A stretch of 64,000 nucleotides of DNA from Candidatus Velthaea sp. (GCA_965214935.1 CBDCCS010000002.1:20617-84616); one strand, 5' to 3'; positions 20,924 through 30,969 are shown, numbered from the stretch's first letter. Notes: a model not told the origin generated them from the letters alone. Translations and numbers: made by a program.

Positions 20924-21160
20924 TTACGAAACGCCTTTGCTGACGAGAAGCCGGCGGATTGCTGCATAGCTGTCGATCGTCATCAGTTCGCGATCGTCGA
21001 ACACAACGTCAAACGCTTGCTCGAGACTAAATGATAAAGTGATCGAACGCATCGAGTCCCACGCTGCGCAATTCTCGATCGACATGGTCTCGGCAATCTC
21101 GCTCGGGTCGAGCTCGAACGTATCGGCGAACACGTCCTTGAGCTTGGTATCGATGCTCAT
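20924..21160 (-). CDS. Acyl carrier protein
   Basis: 78 aa, acidic, WDSM phosphopantetheine-serine motif, LEQAFDVVF. Confidence 0.9.
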   Translation of the reverse strand: MSIDTKLKDVFADTFELDPSEIAETMSIENCAAWDSMRSITLSFSLEQAFDVVFDDRELMTIDSYAAIRRLLVSKGVS

Positions 21161-22995
21161 ACGGCGGCAAGTTCTCCGCCCGAGCGAATCGCGCTAAACC
21201 ACGCCGGTGCCGACGGCAACGCCCCTTGCAGATCCAGCGTCCACCATTGGCCGGCGCCTGCCGACGCCGGTGTCAGCCCGTTGCTTCCATAAAACTCATG
21301 CACGAGAGTGTTTTTGGGCGATACAATCAGTTCTCCATGAAGTTCGGTGCAGCCGCGCTCCGCGCTGTCCGCGGCTATTTGCGCCAAGAGTGCCCGTTCG
21401 ACACCGCGGCCGATGACGCGGCAACTCATCAAAAATGTGTCGACACGTGCAATTTGCCCGGCATCGTGCACGAATGCAACAGCAATGATTCCGGCTTTGT
21501 CAAACCGATCTTGCAATTCGGCGTAATACACGTACCAAGCCGGATCGGCGAGCATGTTCTGAACGTCGCCCTCGGAATATCGCCGCGTCGTGAGGTTAAA
21601 TTGGTTGGTTTTCTGCGTTAATTGCGCGATGCGCGGAACGCTAAAAGGCGTTCCGCGCGAAATGGTAAGCACCATATCGAGCGACGCCAAGTAGTCGTCG
21701 ATGGAGCCGGCCGTCGCTTTGAGCTCGGAACGCCGCGCTTCCGAGCGGTACATCTCGCTGCGGCGACGGTCCTCATCGCTGAGCGCCAGCGTGTCGAACA
21801 AGCCCGACGTCCGCAGCAAACGCGCGTAGCGCGTCGGATCGGACGGCAGTTCGATCGTCGTTACCTGCGGCAGCGTCTCGCGCACAAACTGACACTCGAA
21901 CGCGTTATCGTCGATAAAGACCAGACTATCGAGACCGATATTGAGTTCTGCTGCGATCTCACGCAGGTTTTGCGCTTTATCGTTCCAGTTGATTTTCATT
22001 GCAACGAAATGATCGGGACGCAGAAGTGAGTTGGGATGCGTCTCGAGGACCGTGTACGCATCGGACCAATTATTTTTCGAGTTGATCGCCAGCAAAACAC
22101 CACGATTATAGAGATCACGAATCGCAGCGTGGAATTCTAAGAACGCCGAACCGGGATACGTTTCGCCGAGCGCGATGCCGTTGAAGCCGTCTTCGCCGAT
22201 CACGCCACCCCAAAGCGTGTTGTCGCAATCGAGGACCAGGCACTTTTTTCCTTTGCCCTTAAGAGCTGCAGCGAATTTGACGTATTCACGCGCGACGCGC
22301 TGCATGAACGCAAAGGAATATGGTGCGCGGCCGATATGCCAATACCGGTCGTCGAGTGCGGCCTCATACCCCGCTTGGCCGAGAAGATGCGCGACATCAA
22401 CGATGTAACATGCACTTAGCGCCGCAATCCGCCGCGCAAGCTCGGTATTAAGCGCTTGAATGACGGGGGCTTGACCGCGTTCGAGTTGCGCGTCCAAAAT
22501 GCCGAATGCAGGCGCGATCGGAAGCTCGAAATTATGTACGAGAACGACGGCGGCCGAGCGCTCCCGGATCGCCGACACGATGCCGACGACCCGGTCGAGA
22601 GTTGACGCAACGAGATCATCGATTTCCGCCGCCGTTAAACTCACGAAATCGAGCACGAGGCGCGGTGCCAGCGTACGAAGTTGCAACGCAACGACGGCAA
22701 TATGCGGCTGTCCTGCATACAGCACACCGGCCGGATCGAACACTTCTTGCTGCGCTGCATCAAATTCACCCAAGGCGACCCGCGCCGTTAAGCCGCTCTT
22801 AGCGGCTTCAACTTTGAGTGCGGCAGGCAGTCCGGGCTCGAGTGTAATGTTACGCAGAATCGCAAATCGGACGCTATCTTCTTCGCTCGGCAAGCGGTCT
22901 AATTTCGATGCGGTCGCCATGATCTTGGCCATCGTCGGTTCCGGCCCGAGAGCGTCGAGGATGTCGCTCCGTGACCCGACTGGTGTAATGCTCAT
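21157..22995 (-). CDS. FkbH-like HAD-IIIC glyceryl transferase/phosphatase with N-terminal extension
   Basis: KCLVLDCDNTLWGGVIGEDG, SKNN, FIDDNAFE, RIAQLTQKTNQFNLTTRRY, FLMSCRVIGRGVE. Confidence 0.93.
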   Translation of the reverse strand: MSITPVGSRSDILDALGPEPTMAKIMATASKLDRLPSEEDSVRFAILRNITLEPGLPAALKVEAAKSGLTARVALGEFDAAQQEVFDPAGVLYAGQPHIAVVALQLRTLAPRLVLDFVSLTAAEIDDLVASTLDRVVGIVSAIRERSAAVVLVHNFELPIAPAFGILDAQLERGQAPVIQALNTELARRIAALSACYIVDVAHLLGQAGYEAALDDRYWHIGRAPYSFAFMQRVAREYVKFAAALKGKGKKCLVLDCDNTLWGGVIGEDGFNGIALGETYPGSAFLEFHAAIRDLYNRGVLLAINSKNNWSDAYTVLETHPNSLLRPDHFVAMKINWNDKAQNLREIAAELNIGLDSLVFIDDNAFECQFVRETLPQVTTIELPSDPTRYARLLRTSGLFDTLALSDEDRRRSEMYRSEARRSELKATAGSIDDYLASLDMVLTISRGTPFSVPRIAQLTQKTNQFNLTTRRYSEGDVQNMLADPAWYVYYAELQDRFDKAGIIAVAFVHDAGQIARVDTFLMSCRVIGRGVERALLAQIAADSAERGCTELHGELIVSPKNTLVHEFYGSNGLTPASAGAGQWWTLDLQGALPSAPAWFSAIRSGGELAAV

Positions 22996-23114
22996 ATCTC
23001 TATGTACCTTTCAAACAAGGCCTGTACGCCGCTCTACCCGTTATCGTCGAACCGCGCTACAAGCGTCGCGCCACCCGAACTTGCCGGGTCCGCCTTAGGC
23101 TTCGGTCACCGGTT

Positions 23115-24482
23115 TCACGCCCAGAGCGGCGACTTCGGTTGTTCCGCCAGTGAAGGACGCACGTCCCAAGCAGCACGTTGCCCATCATCGCCCGGCTCGT
23201 GGCGCAGCGCGAGACCTAACACGATCCAGAAGAAAAACCCCGGCAACGCGTCATGAAAATCCGACGAAAGGTCGAGCCCGATCAACGCGGCTTGTACGCT
23301 TAAACCGGCGATCGCGAGTTGTTGAAACGTGATATTGCGCGTTTTGAGCGCTGCGGCCAGCGCTTGAAACCCAAAAATGATCCCGCATGCCAACGTTGCG
23401 ATGTAGCAGATGAAGCCGGCGATGCCCATCTCGAGAAAGCGAGCGAGATACCCGTTGTCGAGCACCGCCGTCCCGCTGCCGCCTTCTTCAAGTTTCACGC
23501 CTCCGCCGACGCTGCCTAAGCCCTGCCCGAGCGGCTCGGCCAAACCTTGATGCAGCGCGTAACTCGATTCGGCGCGACGCGCGTTTACCGACTCGTCTTC
23601 ATCGACGCTGCCGAGCGTGTTGATTCGCTGCTGTAATTGCTGAGTTAGCGCCGGATTTCCTAATAACGTCGACGCGTTTAAAAGCAGCACGGCGGACGTG
23701 ATAAAAACTGCGCCCAGTGCGAGAATCGCTTGACCGCGCTTCGGGCTTAACACCAAGTAAGCGACGATGCCGACGGCGAGCGCGAGCCACGACGAACGGA
23801 CGTTCGTCAACGTCAGCGCGGCCATGCAAGCCAGCGTTCCCAATAACGGCCATGGCCGCCGCAGCGTTAACCGCTGTACGTTCAAGAGAATAACGGCGAC
23901 CAAAAACAGCGACAACGTTCCGGGGGAGTTTAACGTACTGAACGGCCGCAAACCGAACGGCTCGGCAACGCCGAGACTAATTTGATTCGCGTTATTGACA
24001 TATTCGACGTCCCACGGCGGCGGCGCGACGTACTGAAAGATCGCGTATACGCTCGCGAAACTTCCGAGCCAAAGCAGGGTGACGGTCAGCGTTGCAAACG
24101 TTTCGGCGCGCGACGCCGGCCGCATGATGACCCAAGCGCCGATAAGCATCGGTAAGCAAAACTCGGCAAAATCGTAAACCGCGCCGAACTTGCTGCCGGC
24201 CGCGAACGCAACGATGAGTGAATAGCCGAATCCAAATAACCAGAAGAACGCGAGTACCTTAAACGGCAACCGCACCCGCTCGGCCGATTTGCTCCGGATG
24301 ACGAATATAATCAGCGGCAACAACGAAAGCAACGGCAAAATACTGATAATTGAAAGCGGCGTGCGACCGACTTGCCAATCGATGAGCCGTCGCAGTCCCG
24401 GCGCTAAACACCATAGCGCCAGAACCGTCGGCAGGTACCAGCGCTCGAAAAGTTCGCCGATACGCCGACCCGAAACGTTCAT
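23115..24482 (-). CDS. wzy: Wzy polymerase / O-antigen-ligase family membrane protein
   Basis: Multi-TM; RPFSTLNSP, TNVRSSWL, PLGQGLG..LDNGYL Wzy_C-type motifs; locus context. Confidence 0.82.
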   Translation of the reverse strand: MNVSGRRIGELFERWYLPTVLALWCLAPGLRRLIDWQVGRTPLSIISILPLLSLLPLIIFVIRSKSAERVRLPFKVLAFFWLFGFGYSLIVAFAAGSKFGAVYDFAEFCLPMLIGAWVIMRPASRAETFATLTVTLLWLGSFASVYAIFQYVAPPPWDVEYVNNANQISLGVAEPFGLRPFSTLNSPGTLSLFLVAVILLNVQRLTLRRPWPLLGTLACMAALTLTNVRSSWLALAVGIVAYLVLSPKRGQAILALGAVFITSAVLLLNASTLLGNPALTQQLQQRINTLGSVDEDESVNARRAESSYALHQGLAEPLGQGLGSVGGGVKLEEGGSGTAVLDNGYLARFLEMGIAGFICYIATLACGIIFGFQALAAALKTRNITFQQLAIAGLSVQAALIGLDLSSDFHDALPGFFFWIVLGLALRHEPGDDGQRAAWDVRPSLAEQPKSPLWA

Positions 24483-25468
24483 ACGAAAATGTGACTCTCT
24501 TTTGCGTACCAGGCATACGTTGCGCGCAAGCCGTCTTCAAGCGATGTCTTCGCCGTCCAACCGTATGTGCGGGCACGCTCGAGATCTGGACGGCGACGCT
24601 GCGGATCGCCATCGCGCCCGGCGACAAATTCAGCGCTGAAATCGAGCGACAGTACCGCCGCCAGAGCCTTTGCGATATCGATAATGCTGCGTTCGTCATC
24701 GCTGCCGACATTGACCGGCGCTAACGCGCGGTTATCGCCGAGCGTAACGCGGTCGAGCAAATCGATCGCGTCATCAACGTAGGTCATCGACCGGGTCTGC
24801 AAACCGGTGCCTTGAATTGGAAACGGACGCCGCTCGATCGCCGCGTCAATGAGCGCTGGTACGAGCCGTCCGTCACTGGTCTGCATTCGCGGTCCATAAC
24901 AATTGAAGAACCGCACAATCCGCGCGTCTAAGTTGCGAGCCGTGACCGCGGCGGCAACGGCTGCTTCGGCAAAACGCTTGCCCTCATCGTAACACGAGCG
25001 CGGCCCGATCGGGTCGACATTACCGAAGTATGTTTCCGGTTGCGGATGTACGAGTGGATCGCCATAAATCTCCGAGGTCGAAGAATAGACGAATCGCGCG
25101 CCGCGTTCGAGCGCAATATCAATGAGCGACATCGTGCCGACGCCGTTGACGGCGAGTGTTTCCCACGGATGCTGCTGATACGCGCTTGGACTCGCCGGCG
25201 AAGCGAGGTGGTACAGCTTGGACACCTTTGCCGGCGCGTTTGCCCGGGCCAAAATTGCTTGTAGTTCACCGGCCGTCGTCGCCACATCGGCGTAGATGAA
25301 GGTTGCGCGGCCGCCGGCAATCGCATCGGCAAGATTCGCAAGGCGACCGGTGGTTAGATTATCGAGAACGATAACATGCTCGCCGCGCTTGACGAGCATG
25401 TCGACGAGGTGACTCCCGAGGAAGCCCGCCCCGCCCGTTACAATGCTCGCGATCGCTTCGCTTTTCAC
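24479..25468 (-). CDS. UDP-glucuronate decarboxylase (UDP-xylose synthase)
   Basis: VTGGAGFLGSHL, HLASPASP, STSEIYGDP, IGPRSCYDEGKRFAE. Confidence 0.9.
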   Translation of the reverse strand: MKSEAIASIVTGGAGFLGSHLVDMLVKRGEHVIVLDNLTTGRLANLADAIAGGRATFIYADVATTAGELQAILARANAPAKVSKLYHLASPASPSAYQQHPWETLAVNGVGTMSLIDIALERGARFVYSSTSEIYGDPLVHPQPETYFGNVDPIGPRSCYDEGKRFAEAAVAAAVTARNLDARIVRFFNCYGPRMQTSDGRLVPALIDAAIERRPFPIQGTGLQTRSMTYVDDAIDLLDRVTLGDNRALAPVNVGSDDERSIIDIAKALAAVLSLDFSAEFVAGRDGDPQRRRPDLERARTYGWTAKTSLEDGLRATYAWYAKESHIFV

Positions 25469-25480
25469 AACCGGCCGACG

Positions 25481-26218
25481 CTACGAGACGACCGAGGAGC
25501 GTGCGGCAGTTTCAGCCGTATCACGCGAGGTTTCGGATGGTGCCGAGTGACGCGTCGTAATGTGACGCGGCGGAAAGACGATGCCTTTATCGGGTGTGGC
25601 AACACGGTCGCGGAAAGCCTTGATCATTTTGGGCGTTAGCGTCAAAGCGCCTAAGGTGTTGCTGCCGACGCGGGTCAACGTCTTAATCGCCTCATCGTCG
25701 GCGGTCGTGCCTAACCGGCCGAGCCGGATCGTCAGCATCGTCCCTTCGGCAACCGTCGCAAACAAAACCGCTAGATTGCTACGCGTGACCGGCGCCGTAT
25801 CGACGACAATGTAATCGAAGTGAGCTTGGAGCTCTGCCATCGCTACACGAATCTTCTCCATCGACAAGCCCGTCTCAAGCCGCTCGTCGGCGAACGACAA
25901 GCCTTTGAAACGCTCGCCGGCGACCGGCTGAGCGTACTTGCTCACTTGGGCGAGTTCCGTGCGCGACAGTGCGACAGGCCGATGGGCTAAACGCGAAAGC
26001 GTCGGTGACTTGACGTTCGCGTCGATGAGCAGCACCCGATGCTCGGCTTCGGCTAGGGCCGCCGCTAAGCCGAACGCAGTGGCCGACTTACCGTCGCCCG
26101 CCGCAGCCGACGTAACGACGATGAGCGCCGGTTCGGCAAAGGTGGCCTCGATACGGGCCCGTAGTTGGCCGAATTGCTGCGCATCGTTCGTGCTAATCAT
26201 TGTATCCTTCACTTCCAT
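25481..26218 (-). CDS. CpsD/CapB-type BY-kinase-like P-loop ATPase (divergent)
   Basis: VTSAAAGDGKS (Walker A), LLIDAN (A'), FDYIVVDTAP (B). Confidence 0.85.
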   Translation of the reverse strand: MEVKDTMISTNDAQQFGQLRARIEATFAEPALIVVTSAAAGDGKSATAFGLAAALAEAEHRVLLIDANVKSPTLSRLAHRPVALSRTELAQVSKYAQPVAGERFKGLSFADERLETGLSMEKIRVAMAELQAHFDYIVVDTAPVTRSNLAVLFATVAEGTMLTIRLGRLGTTADDEAIKTLTRVGSNTLGALTLTPKMIKAFRDRVATPDKGIVFPPRHITTRHSAPSETSRDTAETAARSSVVS

Positions 26219-26219
26219 G

Positions 26220-27527
26220 TTAACGCGATCCTAAATTACCGATGACGGGAATTCCGTAGAGTTTTTCAACGGCTTCCGGCGAGCGCAGGCTGGGATCTAA
26301 AACATCGACTGCTAAACCGACCGAAAGAATAAGCGCGAGCATCAGTACGGCGACGACGACGTCCAGAGCGAGCCGTGGGATGCGCGGCGAAGCACCCGTT
26401 GCATGATCGATGACGACCACGGCACCTAATGAAGCGGCGGCGGCTTGATCGGCCTTGGTGGTATTGAGCCGCTCGATCGTCGCCGTGTAGGCGGCTTGTG
26501 CCGCTTCGCGCTGCGACCGCAGCACGTTCGTCGCAGCGCCGGTTATCGGCAAATCGTTGAGATGGCCTTGTGCAGTCGCGATTTGTGCGTCGATCGCGGC
26601 GACTCGCGCGCGGTCGCCGGCAGCCACCGCACTCGCGCTTCGGCGGGCAAGGACCGTCTGAGCGTAGGATACGCTCGAATCCGGAGTCGCGGAAACGGCT
26701 GAATGCTCGGCCGCATCCACGGCGGCGGTCTCCCGCGCGACCTGGTCGCGTAGACTTGCCAGACCGGGAAATGCGCTGGTGTACTGCGAGCGCTGAAATT
26801 CAAGTGCTGCAGCGTCCCGTGATTGTCCGGTCCGCAGCGCTTGGACGTACGGGTCGTTCGTCAACACTTCGTGTTTGACGATCCCGGCAATCTCTCTGGG
26901 CTGCGCCGATTGCGCCGCCGCGATCGCTTCGTCACTGACGAGCGTTGCCGATGCGGTGCCGCGTTGCGTTTGGAGCGAGTCGATCTGACCGGTGATGTTT
27001 TCAAGCGCCCGATCCGAGCCTGCGAATGAATCGCGCTGTGCGGCGTGCTGCAATTTTGCGTCGATCGATTGCATCTCATCGGTATCGCGCTGCAGTGCAG
27101 ACTGCAGATACGTCAACATCAGGTCGTACTGACCGCTCGAAAGTTCTTTGTAGTAATTGGTGGTTTCGTCGGCCAATGCGTTGGTGACGTCGCGTGCCAG
27201 CTTCACATTCTTGTCCCGGTACGAAATCGGCATGACGTCCGAGTGAATCCCCGGCTTGGCGTCGATGCGCGAGCGCAGCGAATCGGGATCGCCGAGCGAA
27301 AAACGCTTCGCAACCCGATTGATAACGGCGCCGCTGAGCGTTAAGGTGCCCATGTCGGAGCTCGGAATCATCGAGTCTTTACCGACCATCATCACGTGGG
27401 CGACACCGACATATGTCGGCCGAATCGAATGCAGAACGAACGGCAGCGCAACAAGCGCAAGAATAAACGTTGCGACTAGCACGATGCGCCGCCGTTGCAG
27501 CATGGCAAAGAAAGAATTACGCGTCAT
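26220..27527 (-). CDS. Polysaccharide co-polymerase (Wzz/GumC-like)
   Basis: N- and C-terminal TM helices, coiled-coil middle, terminal DPSLRSPEAVEKLYGIPVIG motif. Confidence 0.85.
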   Translation of the reverse strand: MTRNSFFAMLQRRRIVLVATFILALVALPFVLHSIRPTYVGVAHVMMVGKDSMIPSSDMGTLTLSGAVINRVAKRFSLGDPDSLRSRIDAKPGIHSDVMPISYRDKNVKLARDVTNALADETTNYYKELSSGQYDLMLTYLQSALQRDTDEMQSIDAKLQHAAQRDSFAGSDRALENITGQIDSLQTQRGTASATLVSDEAIAAAQSAQPREIAGIVKHEVLTNDPYVQALRTGQSRDAAALEFQRSQYTSAFPGLASLRDQVARETAAVDAAEHSAVSATPDSSVSYAQTVLARRSASAVAAGDRARVAAIDAQIATAQGHLNDLPITGAATNVLRSQREAAQAAYTATIERLNTTKADQAAAASLGAVVVIDHATGASPRIPRLALDVVVAVLMLALILSVGLAVDVLDPSLRSPEAVEKLYGIPVIGNLGSR

Positions 27528-27581
27528 GACATTCCTTTAACGCCGAGTGTGCGATTACGTTTGCGTCGAACCGCCCGCTGC

Positions 27582-28271
27582 TCAATAGGCACCTTCGGTC
27601 GATATCAAGGTGCGAATCGTTCGTACCAGCACCGCAGCATCGGTGCTGTGCGACGCCTGCCGTATGTAATCTAAATCAAGCAGCGTTGCTTGCGGCATAT
27701 GCAGCGGTACAGTCGAGCGGCACGTCGTCTGCCAGAATCCGGTTACACCGGGCGTCACGAGATGCCGCAGATGCTGCCACGATTCATACCCGCGCACGAT
27801 AAACGGCATCTCCGGCCGTGGCCCGACCAGTGCCATATCGCCGATGAGGACGTTGAGCAATTGCGGGATTTCATCGATCGACGAACGGCGTAGCCAATAT
27901 CCGGCGCGCGTAATGCGCGGATCGCGGCCGGTCGTCGGAGACAGACCATCGACGCATTTTTCTTTCTTCATCGTGCGCAGCTTATAGATGGTGAAAAGCT
28001 TGCCGAAACGTCCGACCCGACGTTGCCGGAAAAGAATCGGCCGGCCGTCTTCGATAAGAATAGCGATTCCCGCAACGATAAGAATCGGGGCGGCCACGAG
28101 CAGCATGGCGAGAGCGACGCAGACGTCGATGACGCGCCGCAAACGCATATATCCGACGTTCTCACGGAAAACAATGAGGTCCGGTTGCGTCGCAGATCGG
28201 CGGGCGTCGCGCCCGGTCCGGTCCGTCTCGTGTGCGATCGTCGGGAGCGTCGTCATATTGAGCGTATTCAT
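27582..28271 (-). CDS. Priming phosphoglycosyltransferase (bacterial sugar transferase)
   Basis: FRQRRVG, YKLRTM, DPRITRAG, SIDEIPQLLNVLIGDMALVGPRPE. Confidence 0.93.
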   Translation of the reverse strand: MNTLNMTTLPTIAHETDRTGRDARRSATQPDLIVFRENVGYMRLRRVIDVCVALAMLLVAAPILIVAGIAILIEDGRPILFRQRRVGRFGKLFTIYKLRTMKKEKCVDGLSPTTGRDPRITRAGYWLRRSSIDEIPQLLNVLIGDMALVGPRPEMPFIVRGYESWQHLRHLVTPGVTGFWQTTCRSTVPLHMPQATLLDLDYIRQASHSTDAAVLVRTIRTLISTEGAY

Positions 28272-29410
28272 TACTTGGTTTGCACCGTTTGCGGTATGAG
28301 GCGCGTCGACGCGTTCACGCCGAGACCCAGCGCCGCGAAGACGGGCGACCAATCAATCTTATGACCTTCGGGCACGAAGACGGTATCGCCGTCGGCAAGC
28401 GGCGGGTTTTGGGAAATGTCGCCGTGGGTCAATGCCGTCACATCGTATTGCGTGCGCTGGCCCTGATGCAGCACTTGCACTTTTTTAAGATCGGCCCACT
28501 TCTGTATGCCGTTCGCACCGTACAGAGCGCTGAGCAGCGTCGAATCGGTCTTGAGCTGAACGTCGCCCGGCTTGACGACCATGCCGACGACATTGATGAC
28601 CGGCGCGCGCGGCACGGTAATGATATCGCCCGGCTGCGCCGGCTGCGAGAATTCCGGGCTGCCGAATGCGACGACGCGACGTACGCCGCCGCGCTCGATC
28701 GTAATATTGCTCGTTGCCGACGTCGGCAACTCACCGCCCGCTTGCGTTACCGCCGTCGAAATCGCATCGGACGAATTGAGATATGCGATGCCGGGTTGCC
28801 GTACTTCGCCTAGCACCGTGACGCTGACCGGCTTGTCCCGTAACGCAATCGTATCGCCGGACTCGAGAACCGGCGACATGCCCGCCGCGATCGAACTCGT
28901 GCTGGCATCATAGGGCCCCAGCGCGATTCCGTCCCGCACGATCGAGACGTGGCGCAAATCAACGCGTCCATGGTCGAGATCGAATGTTGCTTGCTGGGCA
29001 GGCTGTACGCCGAGCGCCGTGGTTTGCGTACGCAGCTGCGCAAGCGCGCTTGAAAGATTTTCGCCCGGGCTGTACGCCAGGACTCCGCCCGGACCACCCG
29101 CTACGAAAATCGACTGCGCCTGTGACAACACCTGGACGTCGACGGCAACCTTGCGAACGTACGGTTGCAGACGGTACCGGACACGCTGCGAGATTTGCAT
29201 TGCATCGAGGTTCGTCGTATCGACGCCGCCTGCGAGCGGCAGCGAGATGAAGCCTGACCCATCGACGGTTGCTTGTCCGGATAACTCCGGATGGTTATAA
29301 ACGAGAACGGCAACGCGGTCGCCGGGGTGGACCTTGGCAATCGCGGGTGCGGCCGCACTCGCGATGAACATCGCAGAGAGCGCAAGGGTTCGACCCAGTA
29401 TTGTCGGCAA
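28271..29410 (-). CDS. wza: Polysaccharide export protein (OPX/Wza family, SLBB repeats)
   Basis: PGDRVAVLVYNHPELS..VDGSGFISLPLAG poly_export domain; VLGEVRQPG and VVGMVVKPG SLBB repeats. Confidence 0.88.
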   Translation of the reverse strand: MPTILGRTLALSAMFIASAAAPAIAKVHPGDRVAVLVYNHPELSGQATVDGSGFISLPLAGGVDTTNLDAMQISQRVRYRLQPYVRKVAVDVQVLSQAQSIFVAGGPGGVLAYSPGENLSSALAQLRTQTTALGVQPAQQATFDLDHGRVDLRHVSIVRDGIALGPYDASTSSIAAGMSPVLESGDTIALRDKPVSVTVLGEVRQPGIAYLNSSDAISTAVTQAGGELPTSATSNITIERGGVRRVVAFGSPEFSQPAQPGDIITVPRAPVINVVGMVVKPGDVQLKTDSTLLSALYGANGIQKWADLKKVQVLHQGQRTQYDVTALTHGDISQNPPLADGDTVFVPEGHKIDWSPVFAALGLGVNASTRLIPQTVQTK

Positions 29411-30077
29411 TTGACGGCCTCTTCAAGAAATGAGCGAGACGTTCGGCAGCCGGTTACTCGTTGAATAATCGCTGGTTGCCGAGATACCGCGTGAATAGCG
29501 GTGATTGCAAGTCCATGTCGTGGTGTTACACGGTAGAACTCGTTCACCGGCAGTATACCATAGAACGCCGCAATGCCATGGTTCGTTTTGATTTAAATTA
29601 ATCTCCATAGCGCCTCATACCGACCGGTACTGCTTTGCCCGTTATGGAACGGTAGCCGCTGTGATGCAAAGTTCCAAATAGCGCATGCGCGGTGCAAAGA
29701 TTTTCTCATACGGCTAATTCCGTATCTCGGAGTTACAACGGCGGCACGTTAATTAATTAGCGAGCCGGCTGATCCGTTCGACGTAACGCGCTCAGCGGAG
29801 TCTCGTACATCGATTGCTACAGCGCCGCTCCGCCGTCGGCCGGGCGACGAATGCCGATGGCGAACGAACAAACCCGGCAATCGCCATTTAAATTATTCGC
29901 GTCGGCGTCTAGAAGCGGAATCGAGCCGTTATATGCGCACGAACACAGTTGCCGGCAACGTAACGCGCGCTGCCGATTGTCGGTCGAACGTTCGCAAATG
30001 CTGCGCCGGATCGCAGCCGATTTTTGCCTCACGCGGCAGGTCAGGATAGAGTCGAATGGTTAATACGCTTGCTAAGT

Positions 30078-30965
30078 ATGCGAGACGAACATCGTGAGTC
30101 GACGCAAGAAATGGTCCGGCCGATTCGGACAACGGCTCGCAGCGGCACTGTGACCATTCGTTCGGACGAGTCGCCGGCCGAATTGCGACGGCGTTACGAT
30201 GACGCGAAGCCGTTCCGGCATATCCTGTTCGATAATTTTCTCGATGCGAGCGACGCTAGCGCGATTGCCGATGCGTTCCCCAAGCCGCAGGGCGTCGATC
30301 GCGTATTAGCCTCGCTATTCGCCGCACGAACTTACAATAGCGATCTCACCGGAGTTGACGAGCAAATCGGCCGCGTTTTTACGATGCTGGGCGCTCCCGA
30401 CTTCATTGCGTGGCTCGAAGCGATCACCGGCATTCCGAAGTTACAGATCGATGAAGATTTTATCGGCGCGGGTTTGCACCAAGCCGTTAACGGCAGCAGT
30501 CTTCCGGTACACGCCGATCATAATACTCATCCGAAAAACAACGCGCTTTACCGCCGTCTGAATTTACTCATTTACATGAATCCGCGCTGGGAACCGCAAT
30601 GGGGCGGCATTCTCGAGTTGTGGGACCGCGATGCCGCGGCTCCGGCAGTCTCGGTCGTGCCGTTGCTCAATCGCTGCATCGTCATGGAAGTCAACGACCG
30701 GGCGTTTCACGGCTATCGTCAAGTCCGCGTGCCTGACGGGATCGCGCGAAATGCAATCGTCGTCTACTACTATTCGCCGCAACCGGCGCCACTGCAAGAA
30801 ATCGATCCGCACCCGACGATCTTTCCGGTTGCCGGTCAGTCGGCCGGCACGTTGCTGGTGCGCCGAATCCGGCACGGATTGCTGCTCCGTATACTCGCTG
30901 CAAAGGACCGCCTGAAGCGGAGAATCGGCGATCCGCGTAAGGTTGACAAATCCGCGGATCGTTAG
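30078..30965 (+). CDS. 2OG-Fe(II) oxygenase
   Basis: PFRHILFDNFL, GAGLH, HAD (HxD), RRLNLLIYMN, FHG; start uncertain. Confidence 0.88.
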   Translation: MRDEHRESTQEMVRPIRTTARSGTVTIRSDESPAELRRRYDDAKPFRHILFDNFLDASDASAIADAFPKPQGVDRVLASLFAARTYNSDLTGVDEQIGRVFTMLGAPDFIAWLEAITGIPKLQIDEDFIGAGLHQAVNGSSLPVHADHNTHPKNNALYRRLNLLIYMNPRWEPQWGGILELWDRDAAAPAVSVVPLLNRCIVMEVNDRAFHGYRQVRVPDGIARNAIVVYYYSPQPAPLQEIDPHPTIFPVAGQSAGTLLVRRIRHGLLLRILAAKDRLKRRIGDPRKVDKSADR

Positions 30966-30969
30966 CTTT

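Noticed and set aside
29423..29608. 61-aa ORF with GAGG upstream, just ahead of wza
   Set aside because: Composition is not clearly protein-like and there is no motif; could be a leader peptide but is unsupported.
29411..29800. ops/JUMPStart element upstream of wza
   Set aside because: No GGCGGTAG match seen on the coding strand.
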